DNA of 63,164 bases, the filler included, from Perkinsus chesapeaki ATCC PRA-425 (taxonomy: Eukaryota > Protista > Perkinsozoa): NCBI GenBank assembly GCA_013115145.1. It is 7 parts of 7 records of this genome, joined end to end, with 100 filler letters (N's around TTAATTAATTAA, not from the genome) between each part and the next. Parts side by side here need not be neighbours in the genome. Positions count along the whole stretch, not along the records: positions 9,577 to 31,292 come from JAAPAO010000589.1; 6 more parts are not named here. One strand, 5' to 3'. The position numbers and the translations under genes were made by a program. Shown here piece by piece: positions 12,642 through 24,649 of the stretch. The notes under the pieces are model-generated. The model searched no databases, was not told where the DNA came from, and saw only the letters and a program-made list of their open reading frames with translations. Numbering within the stretch: the first letter of the stretch is position 1; each line of letters starts with the position of its first letter.

Positions 12642-14324
12642 TTAGTCGCTTACTACTGTAAACTCATTTGGCTCATTACTAGTTATGTTGTGAAGCGGAA
12701 GACCTGTGGTCCTCTTTAGTCTTGTTTCGCTGAGCAATGCAGTCCATTGATTCTTTAGCAACCAACCAGCATAAGTACCTTCATCTTTTAGGTTAGACTT
12801 GTGTGCATTGGTGCTCTGGTCTATTGTTATCGGTGCCATCGGTTCAGTCCCAGTCTACTGGAAGGGGAGAGCTGATCGAGCCACCATGGGAAGCGTCGTC
12901 ATTATCTTTCTTGTCGTTGCCGGTTCGTATCTGTAAGTCAGAGTTTTCTCTCACTGGGATTTCACGCGCCATTATTTATACGACATCTTTATCACTGAAA
13001 AAGGATGGAATTAGATTTCGTCAGTAACAGGAAGCGTACTTCTTCCGTCCGACTATGGACTGTATTGAGTCAGTATTACTGACTCGAAGCTATTGGTAAC
13101 ACTACAGGCTGCATATCGTCCCACATCAGCACCTGACTCAGTGAGATAGTCTCATGGTGTGCCTGACTCAAATGAATAAGGCAACCCTTCGCATCCAGCA
13201 AATCTCACCGTAAGGCACGCACAGTAAAACAAAAACATAAATTAATACCTAGCCAAGTGAGACCGGCCGAAATTGATGGAATAAGAGGAATTCAATCTTC
13301 GAAAACTGTGCAGTGCGCATCCGTTCAGGGTATGTCTGCTTGTCATATTTAATACTTCATATTGTAAAGCTGATGAATCTTTCGAGTGCGATGTCACATT
13401 CGACGAAGCTCAAGATAACCTGCTGTTCGATTGGTTCAACTGCAACCCGATCCATGTGGGTCCAGATTGGTTCTCCCAAAATTGCATTCTCTTGAAGAGA
13501 ATCTCTTCAGGTTCTCAAATCACAATTTGGCCTTCTCTCAAAACCTACAGGCGACGCTACTAATTTCCTGGCGCGCGGTCCTAGGGTGCTGTATAGGCAG
13601 GGGAAGCAACACCTTCAAATTGCTGATTTTGCGGAGAGACGTCGAAGGTCGGTTTTTGTGAATGCATTTTCACGCTTGTGATGCACGGTTATCGGCCTTG
13701 GTAGAATTATGTTAGTAATATTTCACTTATCCATCATCGATGAACGTAAAACAACAAGGATCTATCTCAAGTTTCGATACTAAAAGAGTCTCTGGATAGA
13801 AGAACAAACCTTATTCGATTATCATCAATCATTGCCATGGCGACTTCTCGTTCAAGGGACACATGCTTTTTTGTGCTGATCATTTGAAGTTTATTGATGA
13901 TTGTCAGCATTGCTTCAGGTTCAAGACTGATATAAACCCTCATTACGTTCCTAGCCTCATCGACCTTCTTCGATCGACGTTGTTGCTCCATCATCAAGCG
14001 AAACGAAAAGTTCGAGACCGTCTTCTCCATCAAGATCACGTCATGGAATAGCTGTTATCCATCTTAAGGAAGGTTTGCGTTGTGTATTGTTGTGTATTCC
14101 TCTTCTCTGCCATTTTTTAAATAATGCTGAAGCCCGAAATTTACGAACAACACGGCCTGCGTTATGTCGCGCCTTATGATCGTGTTTTCGAAATACGGAT
14201 AAAGAAAGGATGGGCAGGCAAATCCATTGCGCAACTGTTTAAGGAACATTTCACGTTTTTGAAGGATAACAGGTGAGCTGAGATAAACAATGTTGTGAAA
14301 TATTTGGTGAATTATCCTCGTCAC
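12642..14324 (-). CDS. Hypothetical multi-exon gene or pseudogene
   Basis: ORFs 14064-14324 and 13767-14039 share a frame and are separated by 24 nt with TAA stops (intron ending taacag, or decay); further fragments to 12642. Confidence 0.3.
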
Positions 14325-16031
14325 AAGGGCCTTGTGGAGTGAACTTTAAAGGCAGAATTCTGTCTCGTGGATGGAGCATATTTTATGATTCACAGTCTTC
14401 CGGTTCTCATTCCAATATTGCCTCGGAGTGACTCATCGCCCCCGTCATCCCAAGTCGGGACATGTCCTAGTGTTCTCGATTAATGTGTATCATTCAGCTC
14501 CGTTGCGCGTAATTTATAAGCTCAGGTTAATAGAGACTCTGATGAACTCTGATATATTAGAGGCCTCTAGCGGCAAGCAACGAGTTAGTATTGATGAGAA
14601 GTATGTTGTTTCTGCTGGAGAGAGTTTGTGGATAAAGGCTACGAGTAAGCCATTGGCACTTGCGTGATGCGTTCTTACATGGATAAGCCACGTAACAGCG
14701 GATGGAATATCATCCCATAGTTCTCCCCTGCTAATTCAATGCAAGAGTTATTTCATTGGAGACCATGAGCAGCCCTAGGTTGTCAGCAATGAGGCTTCGT
14801 CTCTAGAGTTTGCGAAGAGCAATGACGAAGCCGCTAGGATCGCGTTCTCGCCTCGCTCCCCCCCTCGAGGCTCCTGGGGCTCGTTGCTGTTCTCGGATGG
14901 AGTTCCCGGACCTGCTGTCTGCGGCCCTGAGCGTCCGACAGCTCAGGGTTTATCTCCAAGGCAATACGAATCAGATTATCCGATCACCTCGTTGAGAACC
15001 TCATCCGGAGCGTTTCTCTTACATCACCGATCACTCCATTTGTTAATAATAGCAACAGCCAACACTGCATCGCCTGAGCGTCATTCCGCTCACCGAAACG
15101 AGTTAGGAGCCCTTCGAGCGTTGAGCACTAGGACTGCCGATTCGGCCGATCTGGTATTGCCCTATGACACGAGCGACATGAGGTCGCTCCCCAGAACGGG
15201 CCCCGTTCAACGGGGACCCGGTAATGACCTGTTGGATGAAAAGGTGACATTGATTAACAGTGTCCCTGTGGCTGAGAAGTGGTTAAGGGCACCATGTCTA
15301 CGTAGAAAAGGAGATTGATGAAATTACCCAAACAATCGCATAGTTGCATATTGCGCTTGTGGTCGACATCCTTTTCTGTTCGCACAGTGTTTTTGGGTCG
15401 GGCATGATTAAGGAATCTACTCATGTAGCGGCTGAATAAAATGCATGAGGTTTAGCCCTTCCGGTGAAAATACGATCCCTTTTAGGGCCAATATCGAGAA
15501 CCATGTAGTGATCTATTAAGGGTCCTACTGTAAGTTAGAATTAGAACCGGATTCAATTTAGAACTTCTGAAGGTGGTTCTGGGATCGGTGGTATACTTTT
15601 GGTGGAAGACTTTTACTACTGGTCCGAGCCTCATCTTGTAGCGCGGCCATCTACGTAGTGGTTTGTCGAGGTCGCACACGTTTGGAAGCATTCTGTGCCA
15701 CTTCCCGGACATTATGTGACAAAGCTTATCTTTGGTGCACACCGGATCCTGTCAAAGTCTTGAACATTCGGGACTTTGGTGGGGAGCTCTCATTGGCAAT
15801 GCGGGTTAAACCCGCAATGATTCGTTGCACAGGTATCCACAAGTGTTCAATATCCTATCGACCATCATCATGATGGTCGTTAGGATCATTAAATAGCCAT
15901 TTCCATCTGATGGGATCCATCGACCGTATAATGGGATATACTACTCCCTTCGAGGAAGCTACCTGAGTATTCCGATCCTTCTTAGAATTCTAGGGCTTAC
16001 AACATAGCCAAGTTAGTTCACGCAATTTCAG

Positions 16032-19000
16032 GCATCGAGAATCCCGTACCGCTGGCGTCGCTTCACCGACTACTAAACACGAATGAGCTGCTCGCCGTGG
16101 TAAAGCCGTCCGGAATACCAGTAAGGCAAGCTTTAATTCTACACTTGGGATTTAGGGACTAGTTGGAAGAGTACAACTCCAACTAGTTCAACCAGTTTCC
16201 ATAGTGAATATAAAACCATTCTCGTTGCCAATGGAAACTTTCCATTAGACCACTTCATGCGCCTTTTTCTGCATGGCTCACGCAAAACTCTGCGGGCAAT
16301 AATTTTGTGTTGTCAGCAGATCCGATATCTTTCGTGCAGGTTCACGAATGTGTCGGCCATAACTTCAATACTTGTGTTAAGATTCTAGAGTCAGCTGAGG
16401 CATGCAAGCTTTACCCATTACACAGGCTTGATAAGGTCACCTCAGGAATCGTAGGAGTATCTTATTTCTAGCGCGCGAAGATCTTTCTACAGGTCCTGTT
16501 TGCGAAGAACCCTGAAATGGCCCGGAAATTTGAAGTTTACCAAAAACAGGGTCAGACAGAGAAAAAATATCTTGCGCGAGTTGTAGGAAGATTTCCTGCG
16601 ACGGAAGGTAGGTCGCCGGTTTGATGAACAGATAAGGTCATTGTAGCAGCTTCAGTTGCGGTCGATGCCCCCCTGAACTTTAGTCACTCATCGGGAAGTG
16701 TCTTCGTTGACAAGATATCCGGTCGGCCATCTGTAACACGTGTTAGACTTTTGAAATATCTCACTCATTGTAATGAGAGTATCGTTGAATGCGTACCAAT
16801 AACGGGAAGGAAACATCAAATACGAGTAAGTTGGGGGAGCTACTTGCGTTTCATATCTAGTGTTATATGCATCGATTGTCGGGTAGGAGTCCTGCCGTCA
16901 GAATGGAACCGCCCGTTTAATAACGTTTCTGAACACAAAGCTGTCCCTATACACACAACTAACTTTCACAATTCATGGTTCATACATCATCATCATCATC
17001 AAGTATCCGGATGTAAACATTTTCCGTCTTGACACATCATCAACAGTAGGTTAAATTTGACATGATAAATTCATAGAATTAATTCAAATGATCCCTTATG
17101 ATATGAAGCATCCATCAAACCTAGTAAATTGACCATTTGGGGTTATAACTATTGGACACACTTCCACCTCTGTTGTATCATCTTCGTTTGGAAGATGCAT
17201 TCGCATGACCGGCACATCTATTCTACCATACCTCGGTATGAACAATTCCCAGGGATAGAGTTCGATGTCAGGATCTATGTTTAACATACTTTTCACATCA
17301 GCCTTGAAGGAGTATTGAAAATTCTTTGACGGATGTCTCCGATTGCCATGGGCTCCGAAAATAAATATAGTGCAGGCGTCTGCCAAGCTAGTCATATTCA
17401 TTTTCTTAAGGAGGTGCTGCGGCATGCGCCTCAGATTCTCCAACTCAAAATTGCGTAGAGCTGATACGTTCAACTTCGGCTCGAGTGTCAAATTGCTGAA
17501 GAGAAAATCAATGTGGCGATACTGTTATACAGGCTCCAATAGCTCCATGTACATACCGGAAAAGTATATGATTAATGATTAACTAATTATCATTTCAATC
17601 ATCATTTCTGTTACAGTGTGCAAAGCCTTAGGCGAAGTACCTTACTTTGTTACCGATATGAACTCCAAAGAAGATATTCTGAAGCCTTCTGATAGATTCC
17701 TCGTTGTCATATTGAGTGTGTATCTTTCCACCCCCTAACAGTAATGGCGATGCCAGTAAAAGTTAACAGCTATAACAGGGTGTGCATGTTGCGTAACTTA
17801 CAACATAGCCCTTTTGTGGGGCATCAGCACGCTTTCTCTCGACTTCCATTCTCATTGAACATCCAGCAAGTTCTCTCTCTTTCTTTCTCACTGCTTCGGA
17901 CCAAAGCTTGAAGCTTGCCTTCATCGCAGCCCTCGCCATCGACTTCGGTCCTTCATGCGTATATTCCTGTGATACTAAAGGTACATAAGGGATTTCTCGA
18001 AGAGCGTCTTCGTTCACCAGCGACACTTGACGATACTGTGAGATATTTAGTCCTGGGTACCTGAGTTCGCACACTTCATCAGGCTACATCGAGATCGTTG
18101 GCTATTGTTTGAACTCAGCTCCTTGCAACGTTAGCAATATAGATACGTTACGAGCTAAGTGGCTTACGGCTTCGCGACCAATTCCAGATGAGATATTGCT
18201 TCAAATGTCCTCACATTCCCACGTTTGACGTAGCTGGTAGTGATCTGATACGCATAAGAAGTGTATGATTCAGACAAGAGCAACACGCAAGTAGTTGAGA
18301 AGCCCGCTCACTCTATCGAAGCTCTCATCATCAGCAGATGTGAATACGTTCGTGGAGTGCTCGGGTGACTGAACAATGGGAAACGATAGGATTAAGAATG
18401 ATCCAAATTTATCGGCTCACCCCTGATTCTTCAACTATAGCGGGTTCTAGTTTCCCGGGAGATATAGCATGGCCTTTATAGAATGGGAGTATGGCGCATA
18501 AGAGTCTGTCGAACCTAAGTAGCCTCATTGGCATCTCAAAAGACAGAATACACTGCTCGTTTAAAGATTCCAAGCGGAGCACCTCTACACATCGTTATCT
18601 GAGGGGACGCGTGCTGTCTTAGGGTTTCGAGTCGTACTTGGTGTCACGCAACCAAAGCCGGTTGGGCTAAAGGATGATAAATTAACGATCGTCAACCACG
18701 AGGGAGACGAGACAGCGTACGCGTCTTAATAGCGCGCGTCATTACATGCAAATTACATTATGGTAAAGCTTAATGCAATAGTCTTACTACGACATAGACC
18801 TTTCGAAAAGCAGTCTCGCCCCCTCCCGTTGGTTCCATGCCCGAGGGCGAACCAAAATCACTCCTCCACAGGCGCGTCTCGTCGCCGGGCACTTTACATC
18901 CCATAATACAACCCGGGTGGTGGCGGTGGTGCTATATGATACTTGCAGCTCTCGTCGATTCGCTCCTAGGAACTCTAGCTCTTAGTCAGAAGGACCAAGT

Positions 19001-19491
19001 ATATGACATAGTCATATACAAGTTCAACCCGCGCGCTCTGGCTCATTCCGAAAGCAGCTTGGCAAGACGCTCCAAGGAAGTGCCACTCGACGGATGGGGT
19101 AAATACGGTACATGGCACGTACTACATGCCTTGGAGCCTCTCTGAACCCATATTACTGTTGATGTTAGTGAATATGAATATATGAGTCATATATTCATAT
19201 TCACTCATATAATATGACGTATGTATTCGTTGAGACAGTGAATTTCAGAGGTCGTCGTTGATGTTTCAGGTTCATCTAAATTCGATCGGGTATCCGATAG
19301 TCAATGACGAGAAGTACGGAGGTATGTACGATGCCGACCATCCATATGCTATTAGACGATTACCAACTAGAGAAGGATCCTCACTCATCACAGGCGGTAT
19401 CTTCTTGCACGCATACACATACTCAGCTAAGCTCGATGATGATACCAGATTAAGTTTGACAACTGAGATGCCACCGTGGGCAGAACTGTGA
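16032..19491 (+). CDS. RluA-family pseudouridine synthase (RPUSD2/Rib2-like); 5' exons not resolved
   Basis: Exons: LAVVKPSGIP|VHEC...LYPLHRLDKVTSGIV (catalytic HRLD)|LFAKN...EKKYLARVVGRFP|...PITGRKHQIR| then 2444-nt phase-0 intron 16826-19269 |VHLNSIGYPIVNDEKYGG...IFLHAYTY...MPPWAEL. Confidence 0.88.
17096..18534 (-). CDS. Nested, spliced antisense gene inside the RluA intron; probable secreted hypothetical protein
   Basis: ATG 18534 MPMRLLRFDRLLCAILPFYKGHAISPG (signal-peptide-like); clean 52-nt GT-AG intron 18420-18369; downstream exon ORFs 17763-18074 and 17096-17491. Confidence 0.6.
19167..19205. repeat. Perfect 19-bp inverted repeat with 1-nt spacer
   Basis: agtgaatatgaatatatga-g-tcatatattcatattcact; the arms are exact reverse complements. 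Confidence 0.95.
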
Positions 19492-20221
19492 GTAACGTTT
19501 ACTATTATTATTAGTTTATTTCTTGTAAAGTGTCTCGAGTTTGTTGCCAGTGGGGGTGAGCCAAGAACAATGCCAAGAGAGAATTTGACCAGCGAAAACG
19601 TACCAACAATGACAGAGATGACAACACCTCTGCCGAATACCGCGAAACAACTTCCGAGGGTCTCAACAGTTTTCTTGGAAGGAGGAATGCTTGAGTGAAC
19701 AACCTTATGATACGAACTATCAGTAGCTCGGTACTGGAAACGAGATAAGACGCAAGCTGTCGTCAAAGTGAAATCACGGAGAGACTTTCCGGTGATCGTG
19801 GTAATGAGAAAGAGTAAGCTTCTATTAGAGAAAGCCATTGTGGTGATGATATCAGAGAGACATAAGGAAGAGTTGTTTGGCAGCTCATCTTTAGCTCGCC
19901 CTGGTAATTCGTCTCTGCTCGAGTGTTTGATTTCCGTTTTCAACCTCCTTCAGAGACGGCTGAGCATCTTGTGTGATGATTGAATCTACTAGATTCAACT
20001 GAGAATAAAGTTGTCGAACTCACAAAAACGTTCCAAGCTTTCCACAGTACTGCTCACAACCCTTATCATCTTTCGACCGTGATGTGCTGCAAGGGTTCCA
20101 CTGCAATTAATGTTAACTAACTATGCGCTAGAGCATCGATGGGGTTAGATTTCTTATTTGGCTGTTGTGACGTTAGATAGCTCACATCTCTCCTTTATCA
20201 ACAGTTCGCGGGCAGTTGTAA

Positions 20222-21262
20222 ATGGTATCACTCAATTACCCCATCTTCATCGTTGTATTGGTTAAGCTCTTACATGGCCGAAGTTCGAGACCACATAAGG
20301 ATGAAGGTGTCGATAACGCACGCTGCCTCAATATCAATCGATTCTCATGGCCTCGCCCTCCTGTGAAGGAGTTCTGCTTTGACGCTAGAAAAGATTATAG
20401 GAACGTATGGCACGCTCAGCTCAAGTACTCGACTTGGGAAGATCCAACTCTTCACACGAGCTCGTGGGTGCCAATGACACGAGGCCAGTACAAGGACGCC
20501 GATGGTGAGGATGTGAATTATATAGAGCCGTGTATGCGTAGAGTAGATCGGGGAGACAAAAGTGAAGTTGAAGAGTGGTTCAAGAGGCTGGGAAAAGTCT
20601 GGGCACAACCAAATTCATTCACTATCCGAGATGTTCGGATAGTTATGGACTTCAATAATCCATCACGTATCGGTAAGGAGACCACTGTTATCATCGGAAG
20701 TAAGAGTCTAGTGGTCGAAGCGAAGCTCAGCGACAAGGATACGAGCCTAAATGATCGAAATGTAAATGCTAACTCACGGAAGCGTTCTCATCAACCTGCG
20801 CAACCAGAGGTGCCCCGCAAGATTCCTCAACCTAGTTTGGTACCACAATCTCCTCCTATTTTCATGAAAGCAAGCGAGGTGGATTCGGGAGTGTACAGGA
20901 CACTGAATCCTGTGCACGGCAACCTCGCTGTACGGACAAATATCATACATGTCCCTCGAGGTGGCACCTTCGCAACTATTCATTTCATCAAGTCGAATGA
21001 AGAAAACCCGGAAGCTGCAATTGGGCCAGTGAGGCTGATTGATGACTGGAATACTTTACGTGTGGATGATACTGCTCTACCGGAAGCTCGACTCATCGAC
21101 TCTTTGCAGCGTGTTAACCGTTTGTTGGAGAAGATAAGCATTAATCCAATAAGCATTGAAGATATCACTCTGAGCGTGGGCGGGCCAAGGCAGTTGGAGC
21201 TCTACTTGGGCCGATTGCGCAGCAGTCGTCCCGCAAGAACCTTCAAGCTTTATCATGATTGA
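20222..21262 (+). CDS. Intronless 346-aa hypothetical protein with predicted signal peptide
   Basis: Long ORF; N-terminus MVSLNYPIFIVVLVKLLHG is hydrophobic; Pro-rich linker in the middle. Confidence 0.7.
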   Translation: MVSLNYPIFIVVLVKLLHGRSSRPHKDEGVDNARCLNINRFSWPRPPVKEFCFDARKDYRNVWHAQLKYSTWEDPTLHTSSWVPMTRGQYKDADGEDVNYIEPCMRRVDRGDKSEVEEWFKRLGKVWAQPNSFTIRDVRIVMDFNNPSRIGKETTVIIGSKSLVVEAKLSDKDTSLNDRNVNANSRKRSHQPAQPEVPRKIPQPSLVPQSPPIFMKASEVDSGVYRTLNPVHGNLAVRTNIIHVPRGGTFATIHFIKSNEENPEAAIGPVRLIDDWNTLRVDDTALPEARLIDSLQRVNRLLEKISINPISIEDITLSVGGPRQLELYLGRLRSSRPARTFKLYHD

Positions 21263-21379
21263 GGATAATACCTGTTCATGTTGCCTTATTGATGTTGTTG
21301 TGGTTAATCTTAACCGTGTATGGATCGTGTTTAAAGTACTCTCCGCATACTTCTGCAACGCAAGTTAACGCCTGACGAA

Positions 21380-22723
21380 TTAGCTGGAAATGAGACTCGT
21401 ACGAACACATCCATGATAGAAGTACGCATGTTTCACACGCCCAATCTCAGCAGCTGTCTCACCAAAGAAGCTTCTTGACAATACAATCGCTTTTGCTCGT
21501 TGTAATATATAGTAATTGACATATGATAGAGTTACTCCAGAGAACTGGTGATACACGTCGGAGGACCGATCTATGTGAACAATATCTTCACCTTTAGCTT
21601 CATCACCAATACTCAGCCTAAGTATCTTATCACCGAGTTCCCTGACCGTATCAGTTTCGAAGGCATCATCTGTATCAGAACTAAGGAACCACTTAGTTTC
21701 ATTTGGAGGGAGACTGAGCTCTCTCTCGATCTTATGGGCACAATCAATGAACTCCTTCAAGGTCTCTAAACCATGCCGCTTCGGATCCCACCATTTATCG
21801 AGTTGGCGATCGCCGCTACGAAAATGGATTGCGATGAAGTGTCCGGCGTCTTCATCGCCGAATGTGGCTAGCGTACCTTTCTTTATGTACCTTCCTAAAT
21901 GGATAGATGGTTGAAATAGAGCATGCCAAATACAGCTGATCAGATTCTCTACTTGGCCAATTCTACGGGCTATCGGGTTAGAGGAGAATGCATCACTAGT
22001 AAGGATGTTATCGACATCGCGGTGATTATGAGCAAATGAGATAACCCGGCTTCGATCATTCGCGATGAGAGGAAGGTCTCTTATGAGCCTCTTTCGTTTA
22101 TCAATATAAACATATACAGACGACTGTGCCCCAATGCCAATGGAAGGCACTCTCCAATCGAACGAGTCCGGCAGCGGTTGAAGCAGCATGCCTAGTGGTA
22201 TCGGTGAGTCGATGTCAATAAGTAAGGCGCGATCAGTAAGAACTGCTAAAACAAAAGCAGTGGTGAGGCCGTTGATTCGATCACCATGACCGCCACAGAG
22301 AGACCAAGGGTTACAAGTGAAGAGCAAGAAACGTGAAGACTCGTCGCTCGGGTGGGCAATCATCTTGTCGTGAAGGGACTTGTACTCAACAAAGATACTA
22401 TCGGAAGAAGACGTGCTTTCCTGTGTGCTGACGCTGATGAAAGATACTGATGGATCTCTCTGTTCGCCGCTCAGCGTCCTCCATTGCCAAGCCTGATTAT
22501 CGATCCTCCAACGCTCAGATGCATCAATCCACTCCAACTTGGAGCCCATAATCCAACCAGGCGGAAGGCAATCGTGCACAATCGATGATAGTGGCGGCTG
22601 ACCGGCGCTATGACGACGCCAACAAGTACTTTGCTCAGCGGTCGCGGCGGTTACCGTTACACCAAGGTGGACAGGGCGAAGGTTGTGATACCAGGGCTCA
22701 CGGAAGCTGTCTTCCAGCCACAT
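21380..22723 (-). CDS. Inverting fucosyltransferase-like GT-B glycosyltransferase (NodZ/FUT8/GT37-like); true start probably upstream
   Basis: CGGHGDRINGLTTAFVLAVLTDR, IAIHFRSGD (motif I, H.R..D), WFLSSD (motif II), YYILQRAKAIVLSRSFFGETAAE (motif III). The frame stays open about 80 codons upstream of the Met. Confidence 0.75.
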   Translation of the reverse strand: MWLEDSFREPWYHNLRPVHLGVTVTAATAEQSTCWRRHSAGQPPLSSIVHDCLPPGWIMGSKLEWIDASERWRIDNQAWQWRTLSGEQRDPSVSFISVSTQESTSSSDSIFVEYKSLHDKMIAHPSDESSRFLLFTCNPWSLCGGHGDRINGLTTAFVLAVLTDRALLIDIDSPIPLGMLLQPLPDSFDWRVPSIGIGAQSSVYVYIDKRKRLIRDLPLIANDRSRVISFAHNHRDVDNILTSDAFSSNPIARRIGQVENLISCIWHALFQPSIHLGRYIKKGTLATFGDEDAGHFIAIHFRSGDRQLDKWWDPKRHGLETLKEFIDCAHKIERELSLPPNETKWFLSSDTDDAFETDTVRELGDKILRLSIGDEAKGEDIVHIDRSSDVYHQFSGVTLSYVNYYILQRAKAIVLSRSFFGETAAEIGRVKHAYFYHGCVRTSLISS

Positions 22724-22951
22724 AACGCGATCTGTCGATAACTTGGAGGTTGACCAATTCTTGAGCGTCTCTATAGTAGCATTCGCGGTTAAATTGGAAA
22801 TGTAGATGACTGTGAATACGGTCGACTGCCTATCATGGAGGAATGCATCCGTTTCCGCGATATGTAGCTTTCTCTCTGGGAAGCTGTAGGGAACGTCGGG
22901 AACGAAGTTCCGTTCCGCGAAGAGATCCTAATTGCAAAAAGTGGCAGATTA

Positions 22952-24050
22952 TCAAGTCTCTATCGCTGGAGCTACTTTGGCCACCTCGTGTCCTTGATAG
23001 TCGGGATTGAGTACTGCAGTTATTAATTGAAGCTCATAAACGAGTTTAGCAATTAATCGGGTGAATGGTAACACTAAACGATCAACAAGTTGCTCCCACG
23101 GTGTCGGCTGCACCAGGATGTCGGTGTCGTACCAAGACAAGGGTATGACAATCTGAACGGTCAATCAGACGGATTGAGGATAAGCTCGGAATACATCATG
23201 AATTAAAGTCTGACTGTCCTGTAATGAGGTTAGGTCGACGCCGGCTTCACTGGTTGCCCAGATGGCCGCTGGGACGCAGTATAGGTTGGCGCCTTCGATC
23301 TGGTCGTACAAGAAAGCCCTATCGAGGCCAAGCAACTGAGAATGGGCTTATCAGTCTAGAGTTTGATGGACTAACGAGTATACCTGAGAATAAAGATTGT
23401 TTAAAGCGTCGAACATCTCCTTTAGCATCGCCGCGATGGTCAGGTCTCTGTCAGTTACACCAGTACACGCCCTGAATAAGGAATGATTCACTTCCCAGAG
23501 CCCAAGCCTCAACACACTGACCTGCATATCTCCTTAATGAGGAACTCTTCAACTGGGTGATGATTCACATCGCCAAAATACGCTCTTCTTGCTAGTGATA
23601 TGGCGTGTTTCAAGGCATCCGTCCGGATTGAAATTATCGCGGATAATGTCTGAGAATCGTCTTGAAGATGAGCTTCAAGGATTCAATGCGGCTCGAAGCT
23701 TCGGGTCAGTTTCAACCGCAGGCCTTTTGCAAGTTCTGGAGTAGCTCCAGTGACATAAATCCTATGAAAGGAGCGCAGCGCAGTGCATGCAGAATGATAT
23801 CAGATCTAACTGTCGGTAGCACAATTCCAAACAGGAACGACTGTCAATCGATGGCCAAAATTCCCCTAATTGTAACTGTTGAACAAGCCCTTACTTCGTT
23901 GCATGGAAAGGACGGCATCTTTTGCAAGAGGTCTTCCATACTTGCGACAACTTCCTCGGCAATTGCCAAGTTACTGTTGCGGAATTCAATGGTTCCTCGT
24001 AAGTGTCGAAGAGCTTCAATAGCAATGGTCTCTCTGATTGGAATGCTCTA
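22952..24050 (-). pseudogene. Stop-interrupted coding-like tract (short introns or decay), possibly upstream exons of the glycosyltransferase
   Basis: Protein-like segments (IEALRHLRGTIEFR..., FLYDQIEGANLYCVP..., SWYDTDILVQPTPWEQL) broken by stops; some stops sit inside plausible 40-55-nt GT-AG introns. Confidence 0.3.
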
Positions 24051-24649
24051 ACAAGGCACATGCCATAATGCCAGTAGAGGCGGAGTTCACACCTGTTTTG
24101 CACCAATGCAAATAATCTCATCAAGGGTTTTCGTTGCCGGTGGAGCGGAAAGCCCTGAAAAGAATCTGTTTCACCTATCTGATCCCAGGTATGGTAAGCT
24201 ACCCGCGAAACACTTCCGCTCGTTCGGCTCGCCGCAGCTGGCCGGCACTGCTGCGTTAAGCAGTCCAATAAGGAGGAGAAGGAACATTTCGCTGCTACAA
24301 TATTACTCCGTAGAGTATCCAGCGTGGATTATGCTCCACCCGAGGTTGAGGAACCAAAGTTCGCAAGTTGATCCCCAATCAACCCAACAACACATTTAAC
24401 CTCATCTTGGATCTATCGTGACACAATGTGCCGCAGACTCTGCAACGCTTAAGATGGGAGTCGGTCGTCCCGTAAAGGGTGACAAAAGCGGATATACCTG
24501 AGATGTGCAAACATCACACTGTTCACTTCGGCAGGAGTCGCTGGTATTCCAGTCTCAGGAAACTCACCGGCCTCGCGGTCGACTAGGAGATACTCTCTCT
24601 GCTGTTCACCAGCAGCAAATGCACTCTCAACCTCGACGGATTCTGACAA
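23891..24649 (-). pseudogene. Frameshifted copy of the 26863-27498 ORF
   Basis: QREYLLVDREAGEFPETGIPATPAEVNSVMF, FVTLYGTTDSH and GSVSRVAYHTW match the intact copy but lie in different frames with stops. Confidence 0.55.

Noticed and set aside
19272-19943. 223-aa antisense ORF overlapping the last RluA exon
   Set aside because: Its C-terminal third is the reverse-strand shadow of the RluA exon; the rest has no recognisable motif, so a real overlap is unsupported.
13767-24050. Stop-codon reassignment explaining in-frame TAA/TGA/TAG in coding-like tracts
   Set aside because: Conserved genes in the window end normally at TAA, TAG and TGA, and their exons have no internal stops; short introns or decay suffice.
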